DNA of 54,622 nucleotides, counting the filler, from Stramenopiles sp. TOSAG23-6 (Eukaryota): assembly GCA_900128565.1 (NCBI GenBank). It is 3 parts of 3 records of this genome, joined end to end, with 100 filler letters (N's around TTAATTAATTAA, not from the genome) between each part and the next. Parts side by side here need not be neighbours in the genome. Positions count along the whole stretch, not along the records: positions 36,573 to 54,622 come from LT636068.1; 2 more parts are not named here. The stretch is one strand, 5' to 3'. The notes under the pieces are model-generated. The model searched no databases, had not been told where the DNA came from, and was given only the letters and a program-made list of their open reading frames with translations. A program made the position numbers and the translations under genes. How positions within the stretch are numbered: the stretch's first letter is position 1; each line of letters opens with the position of its first letter. Shown here in pieces: positions 36,610-45,279 of this stretch.

Positions 36610-37761
36610 GGTGTATCGAAAGTTACTGAGGAAAATGAGGCATTTGTTTGTTCACATGATTTATCTGAGAACAAAAAAGTCACTTCACTTTGGTCTGACT
36701 TTTGGAACAAGGTACATGTATTTTTACATCATTCATTTCAATTTTAATTTTTTTTATACCAAATTTTGTACCTAACAAATTTCAAATTTTTAAAATATGT
36801 TTTCACAATACACGTGAGAAATGTTTTACTCGTGGGCTCAGTTTTGCAAATATTACAACAATTTCTTGGTATAAATACGGTAATGTACTATGGGGCTACA
36901 ATTACTGCAGAAGCTATAGGCACAAATAATATTTTGGATCAACCAAATTCTTCAGATGTAAAAAAATTAGAAAGCGCTGTTCTATACAGTACGTTTTCAT
37001 TATGANTTNCGANTTNATTTTTTTTTCGTACGAAATTTTGTACCTAACAAATTTCGAATTAATTTTTTTTTACAATATATGTGCACTCTTGGCTTTTGGA
37101 AATTTTATTTTCTCTGGCGTAGGAATTTTTCTAGTTGAACGTTCAGGTAGACGTTATTTAACTTTGAGTAGCATTTTAGGAGTGACAGGAACTCTTTTAT
37201 TTCTCGGATTTGCATTTTCTTTTAATTTTGCCTATCCTTACAAAATTGCTTTTTTGGGATTGTATGTAGCTTTCTTTGCTTATGGAATGGGGCCCATGCC
37301 GTGGACAATCAATTCGGAGATTTTTCCTCTTGACATTCGAGGCAAGTGTAATGCATTTACAACTGGTGTGTACGTTTTATATGAATTTCTAATTTAATTT
37401 TTTTTTGTACGAAATTTCGTACCTAACAAATTAAAAAAAATTTTGAAATATTTTTTCACAATACGTGAACTGGGGTGCGAATTTAATTATATCCTTCACG
37501 TTTCTTTCTCTCGGATTTTCTGTAGCATTTTTTGTATATGCAGGATGTGGAATTTTAGGCTTTATATATTTGTATAGGTATTTACCTGAAACGAAAGGCA
37601 TCGAGTTACATGAAATATCTTTGCTCTTTGGGAAAAAAAGAGAAAAAAGTAGAAGTGATGAAATTGAAAGTGTATCAGACGCAACTGAATCTATACCAGT
37701 TGCAGAGGCTGTACCAATATCGAACGAAAGAGTGAAAACTACTAGACGTTCTTCTGTATAA
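36610..37761 (+). CDS. MFS sugar porter (myo-inositol transporter-like), C-terminal half; exons 36610-36717, 36814-36988, 37081-37369, 37467-37761
   Basis: LQILQQFLGINTVMYYGATI, LVERSGRR, GMGPMPWTINSEIFPLDIRG, VNWGAN, LPETKG. Confidence 0.92.
36718..36813 (+). mobile_element. Introner-family intron (96 nt, GT...AC, flanks AT/AC)
   Basis: Contains an in-frame stop and no AG; removal gives FWNKVH|VRNVLLVG. Confidence 0.8.
36989..37080 (+). mobile_element. Introner-family intron (92 nt, GT...AT, flanks CA/AT)
   Basis: Removal gives AVLYS-ALLAFGNF; a 2-nt-upstream register would create TAA. Confidence 0.8.
37370..37466 (+). mobile_element. Introner-family intron (97 nt, GT...GT, flanks GT/GT)
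   Basis: Removal restores TTGV|NWGAN; perfect palindrome at 37407-37422; no AG inside. Confidence 0.88.
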
Positions 37762-37859
37762 AGTCTGTCAGGTACATGTATTTTCAATTATACAGTGTTT
37801 TTTTTTCTATAAATTTAAAATTAAAACCCCAGATATAAGTTTTTTATTTATTCCAATCA

Positions 37860-38788
37860 TTACGCAACTAATTCAACTTTCACAATAGCAACCGTTAGTG
37901 AATAAACTATACCAGTAGATACTATTACTATGACGCAAATTCCAGCAGTTAATGATTTCTTTGACTTGTTTGATATTGGGATGACATCTTGTATATATTT
38001 TGGTAACATTGGTACTAATAATATTGGCACCAGAGTACACACTGATGAAATTATTGTCAAAGTAGCTAATTTGTCAAAATTTGTCAGTGTAATTCCCAAG
38101 GCTCTTGTAATCATTGAGGATATGGTACTACCAACAGCACCTGCTACATTTAAACTCATTGTGAGAAAAGCGTAGACAGATCCTTCTACCTCTTTTGGAC
38201 ATATTCGTGCTGCATAAATGAGCAGAGGCATATTAAGAAGAAATCCTATGACGTCACTGACAATTTCATCTCCAAATGCAAACCAAAAATCAGAAATTCC
38301 CCAACTTACATTTATACGATAAACGAGGACTAATTGAGATAACTGAAAACAAGCAGTAGCTACCAAAACTGTCGTGAATAAAATATGTAAGTTACTTTCC
38401 ATAAAAAAATGGTTATAAATCAGGATCGCTACTACAGAGGACACTACACCGACTGCACCAAGTAATGCATATTCTTCATTGGTGAAGCCTAAAGGACCAA
38501 GAATAAAGTTTGTAAAGGCATCACCATTACTTGGCATTATGCCATATAATAACATAAAACAAAATGGCATATAAATCTGTTTATCCTGAAGTGCTAAGAA
38601 GACTTTTTTGAACTGTTCCTTTGGATACTTTACTTCGCAACCAGCTTCGTCACGGAAAAAGAAAATTAGTGGCAGTAGAGACAACTGCGATATGCTTAAA
38701 ATAAAAAATACTTGCTGCTCTTTTAAACCAAATCGTTCAAGCATGACTCCACCTAATAATACACCGATGAGGGAACCTACGGCTCGAC
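37860..38788 (-). CDS. Folate-biopterin transporter (BT1) family, C-terminal exon only
   Basis: Multipass MFS-like ORF with RINVSWGISDFWFAFGD and MPLLIYAARICPKEVEGSVYAFL, typical of BT1. Confidence 0.85.
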
Positions 38789-38879
38789 ATGTATTTTGGA
38801 AAAATATTTCAAAAAAAAACCCGTTAGATACAAAATTTCGTACGAAAAAAAATCGAAATTGAAAAAAAATAAAACATAC
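38789..38879 (-). mobile_element. Introner-family copy joining ABCD (upstream) and BT1 (downstream) exons
   Basis: Full consensus copy with AT/AT flanks, but the upstream exon ends in phase 2 and the downstream exon needs phase 1. Confidence 0.8.
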
Positions 38880-39969
38880 ATATCACGTTCCACAACTCCT
38901 CCATTGTATGCCGCAATAGCCTCCGCGTGGTTTTGGAATCTTCCATGAGCTGCATATGTACCATGAAAAAATATTTTTTTTTTTGGTTAAAAATTTTTGT
39001 TAGGTACGGAATTGTCTACGAAAATAAAATAAATTTGAAATTCATAATAAAAACGTATAATATTTCCCACGTCGATCTGCCATGCCTCGCCACATCTTCG
39101 ACCAATTTGGTGAAAGAGAAAATGAAAGACGAAACGCAATATAAAAGTAAAGTAACGGTGATAAAGCATATGGCAAAGATGTTATTGTACTGAGCTTGTA
39201 AGTATTGTGAAACAATATTTTTTTTGGTTACAAAAAATCGTTAGGTACAAAATTCGGTATGAAAAACAATTAGGGGTAAAAAACAATTAAATGTTTACAC
39301 CGTACAGGTAAACCAAATACCAGATGTAATCGCAGCTGAAAATTTTTCTACTTCTTCAGATAAAGATTTAGAAAATCGACGGGTGTCCCTGGTAATACGT
39401 TCTTCAACATCACTGATTTTAGATTTATTGAGGTGGGAAAGTTTGTAATATGCCTGACCACTAAAATATTCTCGATGTAGATGCCTTGTCAATTTCGAAC
39501 GCCATATTAAAGTCAGCCTTTCCTTCAAGAATCGGTGAAATGCAAAAATTATCGATGAAATGAGACTCAGTATTGTTGTTTCTATAATTGTTCGCTTAAA
39601 TATTTTGAGGTCACGGTGAAAAGTAGCACTTAGAAGACGTGTCTTGATGTATACCATGCGGTTTTGATGCCAAGTGCGGATAATACTTACTGCAAATATC
39701 GCCAGTAATTCAAGTCTTCCAGAGCGAGAATCACACAAGTGACTTGACCTTGCCTTGCTGTAAAATGGCCATAACATACGGAATATTTTATACATTGGTG
39801 TCCAACCCATTTTCTTATTTTTAGGTGTTTTAGACACTTTTGAAGAGGCAGAAAATAGATTAGTAAAATGATGACGCTTATAATAGTACACTGCGAGAGC
39901 AAAAAGTGCCGTTGGTAAAACAAAGTGATGCTTTCTGTAACTAACCCGCATTTTACTTGATGCATACAT
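38880..39969 (-). CDS. Peroxisomal ABCD-type ABC transporter, N-terminal membrane domain, partial; exons 39969-39306, 39199-39059, 38955-38880
   Basis: WRSKLTRHLHREYF...YYKL...DVEERITRD, FT|YKL, and the EAA-like motif RGKY|YAAHGRFQNHAEAIAAYNG. Confidence 0.88.
38956..39058 (-). mobile_element. Introner-family intron (103 nt) with AT instead of GT at its 5' end (AT...AT, flanks TT/AT)
   Basis: Starts ATACGTTTTTATTATGAATTTC; removal restores gap-free alignment to the ABCD EAA region. Confidence 0.8.
39200..39305 (-). mobile_element. Introner-family intron (106 nt, GT...TT, flanks CT/TT)
   Basis: Removal gives GIWFT|YKLST in frame; CCTAAC and the TTTCACAATAC end are present. Confidence 0.82.
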
Positions 39970-40243
39970 AAAGAAAAATAATTAGATTACAAACCAAGAA
40001 AGTCGCGAAATGACGTGGATTGTATCATTTAGCTCTATGAATAAGAATAATATTGATATCAGCTACAGTATATAGGTCAAATAGGTCAAATAACTTACGT
40101 AGACTATCTATTATTAGAAGTATAATATAGCTAGGGTTAGGGTTTTCAAATTAACGTACAATGTTAACGTAGATACTCCAGGTCTCTAGCTAGAAGTTCC
40201 TCAATAAGATTTAGATTGAAACAATATCTTTTCATGTCCAGTC

Positions 40244-41569
40244 ATGATCCCTACAAATAGAAATCAATCTAATTCACCTGATGATAGAACAATTGAGAAT
40301 ATTCAGGCTCAAACTCAGCAGATCTTTTCTACATTTAAGAAACTCTTTCCGTCACGTCAACTCTTTGATGTGTCATACAATGTTCAACAACAACTAGTTG
40401 ACTATGATAGCGATTGTTCCCAAAAGTTCAAACCCTGCGACACCCTAGACTTTAACAATAGTCTCTCCATCAAGGCATTAACCAAAGAAGTTACATCATT
40501 GCGATCTGAAGTTGCTACTTTGAAGAGAGCTTTTAATCAAACACAAAGCAAAACCAACAATACAAAACTATCCGAGACAAGCAACACAAAACTGTCCGAG
40601 ACAAACAATACATATTTGCCCAAGTTATTAGAAACACAACTATTTTACTTCCAAAATCGTTTTGGGGATAACATAGACCTGGAAGCTGAAACAAATGAAA
40701 ATGTTAACTACATTGCAAAACAAAATGTGAAAATTTTAGCACGTCATTATATAAAACAGGTTGCTGGTATGAACGCCTCAAAAAATGCCGATGAGGAATT
40801 TAAAATTGAAAAAGAGGTTAGAGCTGAAGCTGAAGCAACTCAAAATATTGAGAATATTAAAGAACATGAAATTGAAAAAGAGATTAGAACGGAAGCTGGG
40901 GCACCTCAAAACACGGCAAATAAGATTAAAGAACAAGGAATTGAAAAACAAATTAACCAAGCTGCCAAGGAATTTTTTATTTCAATCTTGAAGAACAATC
41001 GTCAACAAGTAAATAAAAATGCAAAACTTGAGAAAAATAGAGCTACTAATTTTATAGCGACAGCCCTTGATATTGACCAAAATGAAGCTATAAACGCATT
41101 TAATGCGTATTTATATTTACAAGATGGTAGAAATGATGATAGTAAGATTAGCATTTCTGATTTTTCNAGTATTTTTTCAATACTTGCAAAGCGACTTCAT
41201 TCTCAAGAAAANACTCAATATGAAGAAATTCTAGCCATTCTTCAAGCTGTAACAGGCGAAATGACTGAAGAGGAAAATGTTCCAAATTCTGTTCTAAATG
41301 ATAAAACAATGATGAATATTGNTAATCTGCAAACAAACACAGAACAATTACATGAAAATATAACACAAGTACAAGTATCAGAATATGACTCATTCACTGG
41401 TAGTTTTGAGAATGATTCATTCGAAGAGGTTGAAAGTGATAGAAACAAAGAAGAATATGAAATATATGATACTTTTGAGAATGAGACATCGGAATCACAG
41501 ATAAATGATTCGCTCACAGAGGATTTGTATGAAGAAGACTTCACTAGTAGCTCTGATGTATCGATTTGA
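40244..41569 (+). CDS. Uncharacterised coiled-coil protein with an acidic C-terminus
   Basis: 441-aa ORF with heptad segment LTKEVTSLRSEVATLK, short internal repeats (TKLSET x2; IEKE(V/I)R(A/T)EA x2) and a D/E/S-rich tail. Confidence 0.65.
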   Translation: MIPTNRNQSNSPDDRTIENIQAQTQQIFSTFKKLFPSRQLFDVSYNVQQQLVDYDSDCSQKFKPCDTLDFNNSLSIKALTKEVTSLRSEVATLKRAFNQTQSKTNNTKLSETSNTKLSETNNTYLPKLLETQLFYFQNRFGDNIDLEAETNENVNYIAKQNVKILARHYIKQVAGMNASKNADEEFKIEKEVRAEAEATQNIENIKEHEIEKEIRTEAGAPQNTANKIKEQGIEKQINQAAKEFFISILKNNRQQVNKNAKLEKNRATNFIATALDIDQNEAINAFNAYLYLQDGRNDDSKISISDFXSIFSILAKRLHSQEXTQYEEILAILQAVTGEMTEEENVPNSVLNDKTMMNIXNLQTNTEQLHENITQVQVSEYDSFTGSFENDSFEEVESDRNKEEYEIYDTFENETSESQINDSLTEDLYEEDFTSSSDVSI

Positions 41570-41747
41570 GCTATTGAGGGTTAGTGTTAATGATAATCCA
41601 TGTAATGCGATTCGCCCCTTTTTTTAACATATAGTCAACTCAAGCTAACACATTCGGATATATGGTTGAGATTCCATTCATAAATTTATAAATTCAATTT
41701 CAAGTATATTTTTTTTCTTTCATAAATGTAACGGATAAAAATCAATA

Positions 41748-44700
41748 ATGACATCAAGTGTCCTCCTATATAGCAGGGCTATACGCGGGTATACTACAAC
41801 AACGCGTAATATTTTCTCAACATTACAATCTTCTATCTTACAAAGAAAATGGATGTCTAAGATGAAAAGGCTTCAGCCCTCGTGTCAGGTAGAACCTTTG
41901 AAACATAATCTAAAATCGCCGGCATTAACAACTCAAGTTTTCCAAAGACGGTATGCACCAAATGCTAGAGCAAATGGCGGTACTCGACCAAATACAATTA
42001 GAAAGTGGCAACAATCTCCAGGAAATTGGACCGCATGGAAAGACGTTCCACATCCAGTTGATAAGATACATCTTCCAAAGAAATCGAAAAATATTTCAAA
42101 ATATAATTCCGCGTTTTACGGTGGATTAGACAAACTAAATTCAAAGATAAAGCTTGATCAAGAAGGTTTTCTCAGATTTCCTCCAGAACCACACATAGAC
42201 CACAACAAAGAGACCGATAAAATATCTGATCGTGTCGAAAAGGCTGTGAAAGATGTNAAGGCAATGCCGCGGCGTGTACTGAAAGGCGATTGGTACTCTC
42301 AAGTTGATATTGAGACGGGTAAAGTATTTTATCTAAACAGATGGACTGGGAAAACAACTTGGGAAATGCCAGCAGTATTGGTAGAAGCAATCGAAGAAGC
42401 AAAAGTAGAAGCCCAAAAGCAATATTGTCGCAAAGAAGCTGCGGACGATGCAGCCGCGAGACGTAAAGCAATAGTTAACAATGAAATTAAATTACCAATA
42501 TCACCCTTAAAGCGACCATTTACACGTCGCTGGAAAAAAACAAACGAGCGAGGCGATGGTGTACCTGCAGAAGAATTCGAAGAAGCGAATAAAGTAGTCA
42601 ATACCAATCCTCGTGCAGGATCGATACCTGATTGGCGTCGCTTTACAAAAAAGGGNGAGCCATGGACTGTCCCAGGCACAGATAAACTTTATGAGGGGAC
42701 CACTACCAGATGGCAGGCAACATGGAAACCCCTCCGACCACGACCATTGAAGAAGGAAGGTGTAATTAAACAGGTCACTCGTCTCACAGACATGATGTCA
42801 ATAGCGAGGAATCAAGATTATGATAAACTTGTTGAGACGCTTGCGTCAGGCGACGTTTCTTCTACTATAAATGATCAATGTGAAGGTGGTATCAGTGCTC
42901 TTCACTTTGCATGTTCCGCTGCAACTCCTGGAGACCCTGTGAGTGAAGAAATTCTTAAGATATTACTCTTCTTTGGTGCGGATATTCATGCTACTACTGA
43001 CAGTAACAAAACAGCATTACATTACGCATGTGAGACTGGAAATATTGACCTTGTTAAGCGTCTCATCGAAGCTGGTGCTAGAATTGACGGTAAAACTACA
43101 TCTAATATGGGGAAAGGTGGGGAAACTGCTTTACACATGGTGTGTGAGCGTGGAGATAAACATCTCGCGAGGTTATTAATAGATCAAGGTGCTGATATTA
43201 ATACTACATCGGACTGTGGGATGACACCGCTCCATTTTGCAGTGCATAATAACGCCGTAGATATTGTGAAAATGCTCATTATTGAGGGGGCAAATTTTGA
43301 CTTAAAAGATACCACAGGAAGAACACCTTTACAAGTAGCCGCTGATAGGGAGTATATCGATATTAAGAATCACATAACGGAATTGCAGTTTCGTCGTGCA
43401 CTTAAAACATGCAAAGGTGCTTGTTCAGTCGTTACAGGAACACAGGGTTCATGTACAATTCACTGTAATTGTCAACATTATCGGCAAAGTACACGCCGAT
43501 ATTACTGTGTGTGTGGACATATTATGTTTACCCATAATAATCCTCCAAAGACAGCAGTAGTGACGCAACAAGAAAGCTTGAAAAAGGAGCTTTCGCTCCC
43601 AGAAACGCTTGCCAAGCGTAAAGCTGAAATTAGAAAACTGCCAAATCTTGAAACNGCACACTCAAAAATGCGTCGCAGGAAACGCAAAGAACGCACGAGA
43701 AACAAACTTGAGCAGAAAGAAAATAAGCACTCAGAACATAGGGAAATAGATAATACATTGGTGAGGAAACGGCTTGAAGAAATTCGAGCAGTAGAAAATG
43801 GAAAAGGCATTACTCCACCTCAGATCGANGAGGGTAAAAAAATGATACATTCCATCCGCGTTTCTCAGCCGCTAATTCCGGATGAGAGACTTGCCGAGTT
43901 AATGGGTATTGATTCAAAAGNTAAACCTGATATCAATAGTACGCAATTTCGACCTCCTACAGGTCATAAAGAACGTACTGGTAGTCGGCGAAGAAGCACA
44001 TTGGTATTGGAAACAAGAGGTGATAATAATAATACACACATAGATACGCCAATCTGTGAAAAACGTGTATCGAGCCGACATGGGTTACCTGGAAGCCGCG
44101 CTGGCTCGCGTTCTGGAAGAAGACCATTGTCTGGGAGACGGCGGCCGTTTTCTGGAAGAGGAAGGCCAATATCAGCCCGTCAGCAAATTATGGATAGTCT
44201 CTTATCCCAATTCGGGGGGGGGATTGATGAAGTCGAAGTTGATGGCGATATATTTGCAGAATTTGCAGAATTTGCGCAACAGGAGGACGATGATTCACTA
44301 GAACAGCAACAATTAATAACGCTAGGAAATTCAACACTTGGATGCAATGCAAGTAAGCAACAAAGTAGAACTGTATCGCGAAGGTCGACAATTTCAACCG
44401 ACACGTATGATTCACTTGACTCATTCGTGAGTTCGCGGAGCTCATCGCGGGGAAGAAAAAACAAAGCACCATCAAAGGGTAGTAGAAATAAAACAAAGAA
44501 GAAGCGCCCAGCATCCCGACGAACTCAAGCTCTAATGTTTCAACAACGAGCCCGGTTTACATTTTGGTCAGGTCTTGAATATACCATACATCCAGTAACA
44601 GGGAAGAAAGTTCCTATTAGCCAATCAAGCCGTGGGTGGGAAGGCGGGCATTGGGCACCAGGGCGCGAGGTTGATCGTCTTGGTGCCGATCCAGAAGAAT

Positions 44701-45125
44701 TTGAAGATCGGGAAAAACAAAGTAGATATAAATATGGTGTCACTTGGAATGGAAAGATTAGAAAATGGATGGCCCGGGTTCGTACAAAAGAAAATACAAT
44801 GAAACTTCTTGGCTATTTTAATCTCACGGAAGAGGCAGAAGCTGCTGAAACTTATGATAAGGCTGCAATAGAATTATACGGCGAATTTGCATTGACAAAT
44901 TTTCATACCCCTGATTCAAAGAAAGAGAGTCGGTTTGAGTATGGAGTAACCTGGAATGATAGAAAAAAACGGTGGATGTCACAAGTCATTACTCCTCTAA
45001 ATAAGATTCAATTAATTGGTCTCTTTGAAGAATACGATGAGTTGCGAGCCGCCAGGGCTTACGATAAGGCAGCAAAACAATTATATGGCAAAGATTACGA
45101 AAAGTTAAACTTCCGTGTATTTTAA
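41748..45125 (+). CDS. WW + ankyrin-repeat + tandem AP2 domain protein (true start may be near 41852)
   Basis: WW: DWYSQVDIETGKVFYLNRWTGKTTWEMP; 4-5 ANK repeats (TALHYAC, TALHMVC, TPLHFAV, TPLQVAA); AP2: YGVTWN...KWMARV...LGYF...AAETYDKAAIELYG...TNF, twice. Confidence 0.88.
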   Translation: MTSSVLLYSRAIRGYTTTTRNIFSTLQSSILQRKWMSKMKRLQPSCQVEPLKHNLKSPALTTQVFQRRYAPNARANGGTRPNTIRKWQQSPGNWTAWKDVPHPVDKIHLPKKSKNISKYNSAFYGGLDKLNSKIKLDQEGFLRFPPEPHIDHNKETDKISDRVEKAVKDXKAMPRRVLKGDWYSQVDIETGKVFYLNRWTGKTTWEMPAVLVEAIEEAKVEAQKQYCRKEAADDAAARRKAIVNNEIKLPISPLKRPFTRRWKKTNERGDGVPAEEFEEANKVVNTNPRAGSIPDWRRFTKKXEPWTVPGTDKLYEGTTTRWQATWKPLRPRPLKKEGVIKQVTRLTDMMSIARNQDYDKLVETLASGDVSSTINDQCEGGISALHFACSAATPGDPVSEEILKILLFFGADIHATTDSNKTALHYACETGNIDLVKRLIEAGARIDGKTTSNMGKGGETALHMVCERGDKHLARLLIDQGADINTTSDCGMTPLHFAVHNNAVDIVKMLIIEGANFDLKDTTGRTPLQVAADREYIDIKNHITELQFRRALKTCKGACSVVTGTQGSCTIHCNCQHYRQSTRRYYCVCGHIMFTHNNPPKTAVVTQQESLKKELSLPETLAKRKAEIRKLPNLEXAHSKMRRRKRKERTRNKLEQKENKHSEHREIDNTLVRKRLEEIRAVENGKGITPPQIXEGKKMIHSIRVSQPLIPDERLAELMGIDSKXKPDINSTQFRPPTGHKERTGSRRRSTLVLETRGDNNNTHIDTPICEKRVSSRHGLPGSRAGSRSGRRPLSGRRRPFSGRGRPISARQQIMDSLLSQFGGGIDEVEVDGDIFAEFAEFAQQEDDDSLEQQQLITLGNSTLGCNASKQQSRTVSRRSTISTDTYDSLDSFVSSRSSSRGRKNKAPSKGSRNKTKKKRPASRRTQALMFQQRARFTFWSGLEYTIHPVTGKKVPISQSSRGWEGGHWAPGREVDRLGADPEEFEDREKQSRYKYGVTWNGKIRKWMARVRTKENTMKLLGYFNLTEEAEAAETYDKAAIELYGEFALTNFHTPDSKKESRFEYGVTWNDRKKRWMSQVITPLNKIQLIGLFEEYDELRAARAYDKAAKQLYGKDYEKLNFRVF

Positions 45126-45279
45126 TGTCAAACTAGAAATGCTAGTTGAAATAAAGATAATGTGACTGTAGTATTTATTTCGCTTTTCCCTTTTCTCTAA
45201 ACAAAGGTATGCTAACTAAAACTAAAAAACATTTTATTAAATTTCAAAAATGCAAAATAATGAAAAATATATTTCCTCA

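Noticed and set aside
37771-37796. GGTACATGTATTTT after the sugar-porter stop codon, resembling the 36711 junction
   Set aside because: No hairpin, CTAAC or terminal motif follows.
40132-40146. TAGGGTTAGGGTTTT telomere-like repeat
   Set aside because: Only about two units in an intergenic region; too short to call.
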